A DNA stretch of 59,552 nucleotides from Octopus bimaculoides (Eukaryota). The stretch is from assembly GCF_001194135.2 (NCBI RefSeq), contig NC_068998.1, positions 51,372,663-51,432,214 on the forward strand, in the 5' to 3' direction. The notes beneath the pieces were generated by a model. It was not told where the DNA came from. It saw only the letters and a list, made by a program, of their open reading frames with translations, and did not search any database. Numbering within the stretch: position 1 is the stretch's first letter; every line of letters begins with the position of its first letter. Below are positions 13,595-25,049 of the stretch, in pieces. The translations under genes and the position numbers were made by a program.

Positions 13595-13600
13595 ACGATA
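13161..13600. repeat. (CT)n/(CA)n low-complexity block with 40-bp and 18-bp tandem duplications
   Basis: ctctctcttatgttctttctcaacctctct at 13171 and 13211; catacaaaaaatcaca at 13494 and 13512. Confidence 0.9.
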
Positions 13601-13962
13601 AAGATAAATGCATGCTGCATTCTTCTTTGTATTTGTTAATTATCTATTAATTGGAAGTAAAAAGTTATAAGAATTCCATTGAGCTGCGTAAGCAATGCTG
13701 ACACCCGCAAGTAAACTGGGTCTGTGTTTTATTTGATATTGTTAACGTTAGCTGATGACATCACACACAAATAAACTGTTTGTTGTCATTTCTCTTCGTG
13801 TATTTCTTTTCAGAGGTGACAAAAGAAACACCAAAGAATGTGATGCTATTTATTAATGACAACTTCCGATAAAGCCTCATTAAAATTACTCATCGGAAAC
13901 GTACTCTTTCACTTTCATTTCCTCTCGTTATGTATAACTGGTAGACTTTTGATAAGGAAATT

Positions 13963-14152
13963 TGGCGTAGTGGTTAAGAGCGCGGGCTACTAACCCCAAG
14001 GTTCCGAGTTCGATTCCAGGCAGTGACCTGAATAATAATAATAATAATAATGATAATAACATCGAAAATTACCTTAGGAATGAGAACCCAGGTTCGAAAT
14101 TTCCCCAAGACACCCGATAAAGGCTGGAAGGTATATCAGCCGAAACATCGTA
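13963..14152 (+). mobile_element. SINE-D: tRNA-derived head, (AAT)n spacer, tail ending in a degenerate hammerhead-like motif
   Basis: A box TGGCGTAGTGG (13963), B box GAGTTCGATTCC; tail ccgataa-a-ggctg-loop-cagcc-gaaac (14114-14146). Confidence 0.75.
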
Positions 14153-14345
14153 TGATGAACTTCTGGAAAGTTTTACAGCGTTTTACAATTCCAGTGATGC
14201 ACTGGATCTGTAGTTTCCGAATTAGCGTTCTTTTTTCTGATTTTGAGAGGCCTAATTTCTCAAGATTGGTATTTAGGCAGTGTTAAACTAACCAGGGTCC
14301 CTGTAATTATAGGTATAAACCTAAAGTTGTAATCTGGATTTCGAG
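14153..14345 (-). mobile_element. C-terminal fragment of an RLE-type LINE ORF
   Basis: Minus strand reads PDYNFRFIPIITGTL-(frameshift)-CLNTNLEKLGLSKSEKRTLIRKLQIQCITGIVKRCKTFQKFI, resembling the VPIIIGALG-containing C-terminus of R2/R4/NeSL-type ORFs. Confidence 0.65.
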
Positions 14346-14761
14346 CTGCATGACAGAATTCACATTGATCAATAATCGAAAATATCTAATGCTAGAATTC
14401 TTATACAAATCCGATGATTTCCAATTTAGTGAATCCTCTTTTTGATTGGCTAATTTCTCGGGTGGCCATTTCGATTGGCTGCTTTTGATTTGAATTATCC
14501 CCTCGACTAACGACAATAGATGGCGATATTCTTCCCATTGTCCATTCTTTGATTATATTACACCTTGTGTTGTGAATACTAATCTTTCTCCTACCCTGAA
14601 GTTTTCTTCCTTCCAGCTCCAGTCGATCAATATACACTCCAAAATCTAAATCTGCTCTGGTTGGTCAAATTAGTTGAAGCACATCCAATGAACTATCGAA
14701 TGAAACCAAACGCGAAATACGAATCAAAGCATTCGACAATTTTCGTTCATAGTTTATCATT

Positions 14762-15060
14762 CTTCTTTCACTTGTTTCAGTCATTGGACTGTAGCCATCC
14801 TGGGCCACCACGTTGAAGAGGTTTAGCCGACCAATTCGACCCTAGTATTTAATCTTCTAAAGCTTGACTCTTTTGTCGAACCGCTATGGTATGGGGACGT
14901 AAACAAGCCAATACCGTTTGTCAAGCGTAGGGAAAACAAACACACGCACATATATACGACGGGCTTCATGCAGTTTCCGCCTGCCAAATTCACCCACAAG
15001 GCATTGGTTGACCTGAGGCTATACTAATAGCAGAAGGAACGCAAGGGGTCGCGTCATCGG
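14762..15060 (-). mobile_element. SINE-B (CORE-type), head largely missing
   Basis: cttgtttcagtcattggactgtagccat...gaaccgcta..ggggacgtaaac...cgacgggcttc..cagtttccg..ccaaattcacccacaaggc. Confidence 0.8.
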
Positions 15061-15066
15061 GCTGTA

Positions 15067-15281
15067 TTACTCACTTGTTTCTGTCATTAGACTGTGGTCA
15101 TACTGGGGCACCACCTTGAAGAATTTTAGTTGAACGAATTGACCTCAGTACTTATTTTAAGCCTTGTACTTATTATATCAGCGACTTTTGGTGAATCGCT
15201 AAGTTACACACAAACACTGGTTGTCAAATGGTGGCAGAAGACAAAAAATATACACACGCGCTCGCACACGCACGCACACAT

Positions 15282-15345
<64 letters not shown>

Positions 15346-15486
15346 GACAGGTTTCTTTCAGTTTCCCTCTACGACGTCAACTCACAAGACATTTCTCGCC
15401 CCGAAGCTAGGGCCACGCTGTTGGACTGAACCCCGAACCATGTGGCTGGGAAAACAAACATCTTAGCACAAAGCCACGCCTGCGCG
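15067..15486 (-). mobile_element. SINE-B near full length, with internal (TA)n
   Basis: Same motifs, ending in ggactgaaccccgaaccatgtgg...agccacgcctgcg (antisense tRNA head). Confidence 0.85.
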
Positions 15487-15699
15487 TATATTTCAACTTC
15501 ACTCCTAAAGATAAATTTGCCTGTACGTAGAATCAATCTTCGCCCACCATTCGCTTCTTTTATCTATCAGCAACAAATACTTCTAGTTACTTATCGTCAC
15601 ACAATATCCGCCATAACTCTATTTTCCTAAATTCATCTGCTATCTCTAATTCTGCTTCAGAAACTTCTTCAGCAAAGGAAAAATCCTAAGCTGTCCATC

Positions 15700-15900
15700 G
15701 CTTTGCATCAAGAAGACTGATATAATTATCTCAAAAACCATCATCCTTGGTAAGTTTAATATTCATAGTACCTCTTCATTCTCGAAATCTCAGCATCGAT
15801 TATATTCATCACCCACTCATTTTCATCAACAACAAGCCAAGCTTTTACGAAATTTATATATGATTAACAGACAAACCTACTTTATACCAAGCACATAGTT
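15700..15900 (+). mobile_element. Possible very old LINE APE-endonuclease remnant
   Basis: A plus frame reads KTIILGKFNIH, similar to the IILGDFNIH motif of CR1/L2 endonucleases; no other motif confirmed. Confidence 0.25.
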
Positions 15901-16680
15901 GTAAAAGAAAAACCTGCCTTTACCAAACTATCATTATCATGGCACTAAAATAAATATTGACAGCTATATATATATACAACGTTACGTGAAAAACAACTAC
16001 ATAAAACACAGCGCTGCCACCTCCAGAACTCAATAGAACAGATCGACGTTCCACCAATTTTATTCTATCAAGCTCAGGGGAGCAAAAGTGCTTCACAACT
16101 GCCTCTGCCAAGATAACTAAGAAAAGTTATAACCACCTCCAAATCAAAGCATGTAGCCCAGTCTTCAAGGTTAGTCTAGTAATGGTGTATGAAAAACATG
16201 GTTAGTACAGTCTGTAAGAATCCTTATTGCAACGTGTCGGAGTTTATTAAAACTGCAACATACCATGTGAAAAATATAAGATGCCGACATTAAGACTAGT
16301 AATCCGTCCCAGAACCAGAATTTATGCCAACTATTATTATTTACACTCCTCGACTGACAAAATGCATAGGTTCTGAGTTCAAATTAAGCGGAATACAAAA
16401 ACTGAGACAAGAACACAAAACATCCAGACGGTCAGATGATCCAAAAAGGGACAAGAAAATACAAGGACTGCTCATTCGGAGTTTTCTTTCCTCGGTCGAT
16501 CGAGTTCCAGATTATCTTTGCAATTTCGGCTGGTTATACTCGAGATTGCTCCTATCTGGCCAGCCCCAAGGATAAACTAAGCTAAGAGCACTAGATTAGT
16601 TGGAAGAAAGCAGCGAATGTATACGAAAACAAGAACGGAAGACAAAAAGACGGAGAAATGGTACGCAAATACAAATCAGT

Positions 16681-16743
16681 CACTTGACTCGATGCCATGA
16701 ATGAGCAACAACTGCATGCACGGCAGAAAATCTAAATTCATGC

Positions 16744-16789
<46 letters not shown>

Positions 16790-16938
16790 ATAGCGATGTG
16801 GTCAATTGGTTGCCAGAAGTTTAAGAGCGTCGGAAAATAAAGATGCCTTGTAGCATGTTTTATGATTTTTTTCCGATCTGAATTTAGATTTACTGCCGTG
16901 CAAGCAGTTGCTGCTCATTGATGGCACCGAGTCAAGTG
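16681..16938. repeat. 60-bp inverted repeat (arms 16681-16740 and 16879-16938, 5 mismatches) around a 138-bp spacer
   Basis: Manual reverse complement of the left arm gives 55/60 identity to the right arm. Confidence 0.95.
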
Positions 16939-17073
16939 GGTGAAACGAACTGGTCAAGGGAATTATACTGAGTTAATGGGACGTGAACCTATAAGATCTT
17001 ATACATCAAGCTGCTACACCAGAATTTCCTTTAGACACACAAACACACACACACATTAAAATATATATATTTC

Positions 17074-17131
<58 letters not shown>

Positions 17132-18577
17132 TCAGGCATTTATATATATGCATATCTTATGTGTAAATATATGAATGCCTATATACTTACGTATGCTGGA
17201 ACACATGCATATATGCTTGTATCAAATTATATGTCTTTGCTTTCTTTTGATGTCATATATATGCGATATCCTATGCGTCTGTGCGTTTGTGTATATGTTC
17301 GAGCGTGTGTATGTTACCTTTGGCTAGATGAGAAGAAGTAAACCATTAAATCTAATTGGATTTACGGTTGTTAATTTATACAGCAAATATCTGAGGAGAC
17401 ATCTGCCTCCTGTATTCGATTAGAGTTTTATATCTAGCTTTCCGTTTACAAATACCTTCCTCGTTTATTCTCACAGATCATTTGTGATAAATATGTTAAA
17501 TGATACAAAGTGTGAGCCGTATGACAAACTAATTATAGAGAAACATACCGTCAATGAGCTAGCTTAAAACTATAACTAACAGATATGGGAATTTACCAAT
17601 TGTAATATCAGAGAATGTAATGGCGACATATCGAAACTTTCTATACAGTAGTATTAACTATCTGAGAAAAATCAATTTTGTTAATACCTCAAAAGAATTA
17701 TTCTAATTTGTTGTAAAATGCATTTGCCATCCCAAGTTGAATTTTCAAATCAAATTATAAATTGGAATTTTATACTGGTAACTCATCTCATAATCCTTCC
17801 TCTATGAATCGTTGCATAAAAAATCCTTGTAGGAAAAGACTAAATTTAAAAACAGGTTTTTCTATCCCTTTTTTTCTTTTATTTAATTATTTATTTATAC
17901 ATTTATTTATGTATTTAATTTATGATTGGCACGTCTACTTTCGGATTGGATTCTGGATAAACAAAACGTGTTTTACAGAATGAAACACAAACAGCTCAGT
18001 GTTTGCTTCTGATATTTGTATATAATTGAGTTAGCAGTCGGTTGCTTCTGTTGTTCTCTCTTGGTGCAATCCATTTCATACTAACAATTAGTTATGCACA
18101 CACATTCATAAAGTACACATAACTAATTAGTAAGAAGGAATCAAAGAAAAAATAATTCAGAAACAGAAAGAGAGAGGGGAAAAAGTGAGAGAGAGACGGA
18201 GAAAGAAGTACAGGGAGATCTAAATACCTGCTGATTAAAATATATATAAAACCCGTATTACTATTTGTGTTCGTGTGTGTATTTGTGTGTGTCGTGTTGT
18301 TTCACATTTCTCTTCACATTCATAAGATTCCCGTCGTTTTCCCATTTTGTTACATCTTCAGTGTCTTGGTCAATAGCGTTGTGCCTATCCGAGTTCTTAT
18401 AAGTAATATGGGACAGACTGAAAATATATGGAAGCCCATTGGATGGTGTCCACGTATGTTGAGTTAGTAATTCTTATCATTAAACAGTATAAACATTGAG
18501 AGGGTTGTAGTTCTTTTTGGTTTTTAATTTGCTTACCGTCCCCAAAGCCCTACGAAAATCTAAAATATCTTTTACCT

Positions 18578-18944
18578 TTTATCGTTTACTTATTTACGTC
18601 ATTAGATTGGGGCCATGTTGAGGTACCTTCTTGAAGAATTTTAGTTGAATGAATCGACTTCAGTACTTTTTAAGGTCTAGTACTTATTCTACCATTCCTT
18701 TTGCCGAACCGCCAAGTTATGGAAACGTAAACACCAACGCCGGTTGTCAAGGGGTGGAGGGGAACACACCCAAAGACAAAAACACACATACATATGTATC
18801 TTAATAACGGGCTTCTTTCAGGTTTTGGACGGTCCGAGATTAATTATATTAGAAGATACGTGCCCAAGGTGCTACGCAGTGGGATTGAATCCGGAACCTT
18901 GTGGTTGGGAAGTAAACTTCTTACCACATAACCACTGCTGCATA
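18578..18944 (-). mobile_element. SINE-B near full length
   Basis: ctagtacttattcta..ttttgccgaaccgccaagtta...cccaaggtgctacgcagtgggattgaatccggaacc..accacataaccactgctgc. Confidence 0.85.
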
Positions 18945-19231
18945 AACAAGAAATTAGGGATTCATCTCTTGGCAATATCCTATGCTTTGAACATCTAGAT
19001 ATCTGTGCAAAAGAAAAGTTTTAAATGCTCAATTTTATAAAATAATCGATGAAAATGTACACCCACGAAAGGCATAAGAAGAATACTTTATAAGAATTTT
19101 AAATCCGAAATTAAACCGAAAATAGCCACCCACCCCGACATATAATATATACAACGCTAAAAGAATATTTATGACTAAAGTCATTAAGTAATCCTCATAG
19201 ACTATCACACACACACACACACACACATATC

Positions 19232-19269
<38 letters not shown>

Positions 19270-19281
19270 TTTACCCACACA

Positions 19282-19395
19282 TATACGACTTGCTGTAACG
19301 CGGTTTCCGTCTACCAACTTCACTTACAGCGCATTGGTCTACCCGGGGCTACAGTAGCAACATTCGCCCAAGGTGCCGTACAGTCGAGTGACCCG
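19282..19395 (-). mobile_element. SINE-B CORE-region fragment
   Basis: gtttccgtctaccaacttcacttaca..gcattggtc..cccggggctacagtag..gcccaaggtgcc. Confidence 0.7.
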
Positions 19396-19843
19396 GTAGA
19401 AATCGGTTCTCTTTCTTGAAGACGTTAGCATCTATTTCACATTCAATGTAAATATCGAGTGAAGGTGCTGATAAGAATATCGATTATGTATTCTACACAG
19501 TTACGCTTGGTAGATGTGTTGCTACCCATACAAGCCAGATTAAGAAATGTGTATTTAATAAGTGTGCAGAGTTAGTTATGTAATTAGAGATTTTTCTTTT
19601 CAGTAACAGACGCATTTCCCTGGAATATTATTGCTATTAGTTTATTTTAATGAAATTATTTATGATTTCAGCGCAAATTTATTAAACTGCATCTTATGTG
19701 TAACCTAAAAGCCAATGTATAGTTCTATATATTTAATTATTTTATAAGGCAAAATGTGAATTATTTTATAAGGCAAAAAGTCTCCATTGAAGCAACTAGC
19801 AGTTCATACAATTTATGGCTAAGACAGTGAAGACTGTCACGAT

Positions 19844-20460
19844 GTAGGCATAGCTGTATGGTTAAGAATCTAGCTTTGCAACCACATGGTTTGGGATTCA
19901 GTCCCCCTGCGAAGCATCTATGGCAAGTGTCATCTACGATAGTCTCAGATCCGACCGCTGCCGTCTGAGTGAATTGGATTGACGAAAATTGTGTGGAAGG
20001 TCAGTCGAATATATACATATCATATATGCGTTCTCATCCAAGATAGAGACGAGTACGCGGGCTGCCATCGTTGGTAATTGATGAGAGAAATTTTCCCTAC
20101 ATGGGACAACTGATAGCCTTGTTAACCTAACCATAAAGAATATATGTTTGTGTGTGTGTGTATGCGTGTGTGTGCGTGTGTATATGTGTGTGTGTGTGTA
20201 TACACGCACCTGCATATATACTTATGCATGTATTTCTGTGTCCTTGCGCTTGTGTTTGTCCCCCCCCCACCACTACAGCTTGAAAACCTGTGTTGGTTTG
20301 TTTACGTCACCGTTACTTAGCAGTTCGGTAAATTTGATGGATTGAATAAGTAATAGGATTAAAATTAAATACCGGGGTTCATCCGTTCGACTAAACTCTT
20401 TCAAGGGCGGTGTCGTAGAATGACCAGAGTTTAATGATTGAAACAAATAAACGATAAAAC
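19844..20460 (+). mobile_element. SINE-B interrupted by about 110 bp of extra sequence and (GT)n
   Basis: Head gtaggcatagctgtatggttaagaa..accacatgg..ttcagtccc; tail gtttacgtcaccgttacttagcagttcgg..aatgattgaaacaaataaa. Confidence 0.8.
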
Positions 20461-20871
20461 ATCTCACAGACTCAGCAGAGACAAAAACCCCATGGAATAT
20501 TCTTCTCTGAATAGAGATGTGGTGTAAGACTCTATTACATCTGCATTTACGCAATTGTCCGTCATTTACTTACGATGTATTTAATGTATCTCTTTATTGT
20601 TAAAACAATCTTACACGTGATTAATGTTTCCCCGGATCTTCGTGGTGGTCTGTTGCCATGATCGGATGCTTATTTTCCTTTCTGCAATTTTTAGCTGTAT
20701 CTTTATTAATTAGCAATGTATCCCTTCAGCGACGTAAGCGTTTTAAAGTATATGCTTTTCCTGTCCTCGAGCCTCTTGTCTCTTTTAATATCTAATTATT
20801 GATGTAATTATTAGATATTAAATAATAATAACAGTAATAAAAAAATATGCATTATATAATTTTTTAATATC

Positions 20872-20923
20872 GTTTTTACTTGTTTCAGTCATTTGACCGC
20901 GGCCATGCGGGAACACCGCCTTC
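20872..20923 (-). mobile_element. SINE-B 3' terminal fragment
   Basis: tttacttgtttcagtcatttgaccgcggccatgcgggaacaccgcc, then (CA)n. Confidence 0.8.
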
Positions 20924-20926
20924 ACA

Positions 20927-21007
<81 letters not shown>

Positions 21008-21102
21008 TATCTCACAAATTGAGAGTGATACAGTCGGTAATTTTGAATATTAAAGAAGATTTTTATTGCTTCCTGATGACTTCAATTAAAATCTTCAAGT
21101 TT

Positions 21103-21127
21103 TGGGTTAGGGTTAGGGTTAGAGTTA
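21103..21127 (+). repeat. Short interstitial (TTAGGG)n tract
   Basis: tgggttagggttagggttagagtta. Confidence 0.7.
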
Positions 21128-21277
21128 AAAGATAAAAGATACACACTTACCCACGATGGACATCCGCAAAAGTTATGCTCTATAATTAACCACCCGCAGC
21201 GCTATTGTCCTGTCGTGAACAGAGTAAATAATACAATCATCGACTATAATGCGACTGGCATCGAACCCAGAACCATA

Positions 21278-22550
21278 TATGAGGGTGGGATGAAAAATTC
21301 ATAGGCTGACCAATCGTCGAACTTGATCAAATGTGTTTTATTTTTCGTCATAGTCTCCCTTGCGGACCATACACTTCATCCATCGGTGTTGCAGCGCTTG
21401 GATTCCCGTGGTGTAGAAGCTTTCATCCTGACCTCCAAAAATGTCCTCAACAGCAGTCATGATCTCATCATCGGTTCAATACTGCTTCCCAGCCAAATAT
21501 TTTTTCATGTTGGGGAACAGAAAGTAGTCAGTTGGTGCCAAATCAGGAGAATATGGAGGTTGATCAACTAGATGAAAGCCACAGTCACGCTCCGCAGCTA
21601 TTGCAACCACAGACTCGTGTGCAGGTGCATTGTCCTGGTGAAGCAGGACACCCTTCGTCAGTTTTCCAGGCCTTTTTTTGACTTGATTGCCTTTAGCAAC
21701 TGCCTCAGCAAGTTGGCATAGTATTCTCTATTGATAGTATGGCCTTTCTTAAGGTAGTCAATGAACACAATGACCTTTGAATCCCAGAAGACGGAGGCCA
21801 TCACCTTCCCTACCGATGACACCACCTTGTCCTTCTTTGGTGAAGGAGAAGACGAGTGTTTCCACTGCACGGACTGCCGTTTGGTCTCTGGATCAAAGAA
21901 GTGAACCCAACATTCATCTTGGATGAGGAAACATCCAAGAAAACCGGCTGGATTTGCTTCAAAATGTGCCAAGTTTGCCTGCGTCATGACCAGCCTGGTG
22001 TGCTTTTGATCAGGCGCCAAAAGTCGTCGCAGCCACTGAGTGGAAAACTTCGACATTTAAAGTTCGTTATGCAGAATGTTCTCAACTCGTTCACGGGAGA
22101 TACCTACAGCATCCGCTATCCGATTAATATTTAAACGTCTGTAATCCATCACGATGTGGTGAACACGGTCGATGTTTTCTTGGGTGGTGGCTGTAAAAGG
22201 ACGTTCGGACTTTGGGTCATCTTCAAGATGTCCCATTTTTGCACAGCTGATAAAACTGGAGCATCACCTCCCCCCTAATGTAGCAACCATGACAGCATTA
22301 GTGTCCTTGGGGGCTAACCCCTTTTTATGCAGATATTTGATAACACCATAGTGCCAAATTTTAACCAGTTTTACGACATGCCTCTTGTACCATTTTTCCA
22401 AGTCCTCAGTTCTGTATCCAATATGTGTTTATCTGGAAAGTGAAAATGCATTTAGCCTAATTAAGGGTTGGATTTAATGCATGCCAAATTTAATTAATGT
22501 ATGATGACTCCTTCTTAGTCAGCCTACGAACTTTTCAGCCCACCTACGTA
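21278..22550 (-). mobile_element. Full-length decayed mariner (Tc1/mariner, DD34D) with TA TSD and 31-bp TIRs
   Basis: TA at 21278-79 and 22549-50. Left TIR tgagggtgggatgaaaaattcataggctgac; right TIR reverse complement cgtaggtgggctgaaaagttcgtaggctgac. Length about 1.27 kb. Confidence 0.95.
21338..22368 (-). pseudogene. Mariner transposase pseudogene
   Basis: QWLRRLL (WVPRLL-like), IQDECWVHFFDPETKRQS, LLHQDNAPAH and PPYSPDLAPTDYFLFP, with exactly 34 residues between the 2nd and 3rd Asp. Start appears mutated (CTG); in-frame TAA, frameshifts and a small deletion are present. Confidence 0.93.
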
Positions 22551-22959
22551 ATTACGAGGCTAACTTCTTATCGACACGGCCACATGAGTAACTGTTTAGT
22601 GGAGGACTGTTGAGTGGTTCTGTTGTTGTTGTTGCTGTTGTTGTTGTTTTTGTTTAGCCCCAGGAAATGCTGTTCTTTAGCAGATTAACAATCAATGAGT
22701 AGATTCTAATCTCAAACTATAACTAGATTTATGCCTATGATTATCGTGAGAGCGTAACACATGGTTATATAACTAAGCGATTCAGTAGCAGTCGCAAATT
22801 GCTGGGTTTCGGGAAACTAGAAAAGCCGTGGCTAATTACAAAATTATAATTAACCACCAGTAATGGAACGGTGGCAGCTATGTAGAACATTGCCGAAGTT
22901 AAGCTTGCAGTGTGTGGATACACTGACGTATATACATAGGATTAGGTGTGGCGATGTGC

Positions 22960-24350
22960 GTGTATGATGGGGGGTAAGTATGTATGAGTGAGTGAGTGTG
23001 TGTAAACGTGTATGTGTGTCTTTGTGGGAGTGTCTGTGTGAGTGTTTGCATTTGTGTGCTTTAGTGTGTGAGCATATGTGTTTGTGTGTGTGTGTGTGTG
23101 TGCGCGCGTGTGAGATCGTGCGTGTGTGAATGAGTGGGTGTGAGTAAGCGTGTATGTGTGTCTGTGTGTGAGTGTCTGTGTGAGTGTGTTTGTGAGAGTG
23201 TATGTGTGATTTAGTGTGTGTGAGCATGTATGTTTGTGTGTATGAGTGTATGTGAGTGTGTGTGAATGAGTAGGTGTGTACAATTGTGCGTGTGAATGAG
23301 TTGGCATGCGTGTCTCTGCTTTTGTGTACGTGTGTGTGCGCGCGTGTGTGTGTGTGTTTGTTTGTGAATGAGTGAGTACGTGTAAGTGTTCGTGTGTGCC
23401 TTTCTTTGTGTGTTATCATGTATGTTTGTGTGTGCAAGAGAGACAGAAAGTGCATGTTGCGCGTGCGTGCGTGTGTGTGTACGTCTGTGTGTGTGTGTGT
23501 GTGTGTGTGCGTGTGTGTGTAAGTATTTGCGTGTGTGTGTCTGTACGTGTGTGAGAGTGCTGAAATGTTCAGCACTTACGAATTTAAACACGTAATGTAA
23601 TGACATGCAATGAATGCAACCGTACACAGAGAGAAATATATACCTGTACAGAAACAACCATACACACAGACATGCATCCACATATGTGTGTGTGGATCCC
23701 TGTATATATTCACTCATACGTATATACATGCGCATGAAGTAAAAGCATACATGTATATACACACATGTGCATGCATATATTGATACACACATTCAATAGA
23801 GAGGCACAAATATACATAGATGCATATGCTGCATACACTTAGACACACATACATACATACATACATACATTCATACGCACATTCATACATACACATACAT
23901 ACACACACATACTAACATACACACACTCATACACGCATACATACATACATACATACATACATTAGAGTTGTGTGCTGCGCGTTTCAACTTCTCCTCTTTT
24001 CCGTATTGCTCTCCTCCAACGGAAACAAGTTGTGATCATCGGTGGAGAAAATTAGAAAGTCGAAGTTGATATTTTGCCAGTGAGAATATTTATGCACGCA
24101 CACACATAAACACATACACACACGCACATACATACATACATACATACATACATAAACAATGGCAAGTGAGCAGACGGACAGACAGATAAACAGATACATA
24201 GACAGATAGATAGATAGATAGATAGATAGACACATAGAGAAACACACACACAGTCACACAAACACACAGGTATACAGACACAGATAGATAGATGCATACA
24301 TACATAGTCAGACACACAAAGACAGCCGGACAGACAGAGAAATAGACAGA

Positions 24351-24412
<62 letters not shown>
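22960..24412. repeat. 1.4-kb degenerate (GT)n / (CATA)n / (GATA)n / (GACA)n block
   Basis: Direct reading; source of the HT-, CV- and LSV-rich pseudo-ORFs. Confidence 0.95.
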
Positions 24413-24952
24413 GGCCAACGCTCACTGATAGTTAGACAAGCAAGATAGATACAAGTATGAAAATAAATAAACATTAACGTTTTGTTCATTTGACGAAGCC
24501 CTAGATTACGGGAAAGGAAGCCATCAGATATATAACTAGGAAGAACATAAGCATAGATTCACCAACACTATATACATATAGAAGGCGGCGAGCTGTCAGA
24601 ATACACACTGATAGATGCACACGCTCGCGCGCACACGCATGCACCCACGCACACACATACACACACGCACGCACATACACACACGCGCACATATATATCT
24701 GTATAGACAGTAAGAGGCGGGATATAATATCCAGGCGGATACCGGATTTCTCGGGAGTAAAATGCCAAGGCTGGTTCCTTCTGACGTTGCGTTTTTTTTT
24801 TGTTTTTGTGGTAAACTTCCTTTCGCTCCTATCCGATGTTCCCGTTTCTTCTTCTGCTACTTAGAGTGTAAACTACAATATTCATAACAATGAGAATGAA
24901 GAATTTGGACATTCAAACTTTATGCTTATTTTCGGTTAGTTTATTTATAATA

Positions 24953-25049
24953 ATGGTCCGACACATGTTTCGATCACACCAACTACATATTGTTGCATAT
25001 TCGTATGCAGCGATTTATGCATTATTAGTACAATCTCTTCAGGGCATAT
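24953..25049 (-). ncRNA. Type I hammerhead ribozyme motif (minus-strand copy)
   Basis: Reverse complement: atatgcc CUGAAGA GAUUGUACUAA..~45 nt..UUGGUGUGAUC GAAAC AUGU GUC^ggacc. Core intact; stem II 11 bp including G-U pairs; stem I weak. Confidence 0.7.

Noticed and set aside
13814-13905. Strong polypyrimidine acceptor (ttcttttcag|)
   Set aside because: All three frames stop quickly and no good donor follows.
13963-14030. Possible tRNA-Ser gene
   Set aside because: A and B boxes are present but the acceptor stem does not pair, the ACT anticodon is atypical, and it continues into a repeat tail, so it was treated as a SINE head.
22850-23792. Long ORFs (241, 193, 121 aa) rich in H/T or C/V
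   Set aside because: Translations of degenerate (CA)n/(GT)n microsatellite.
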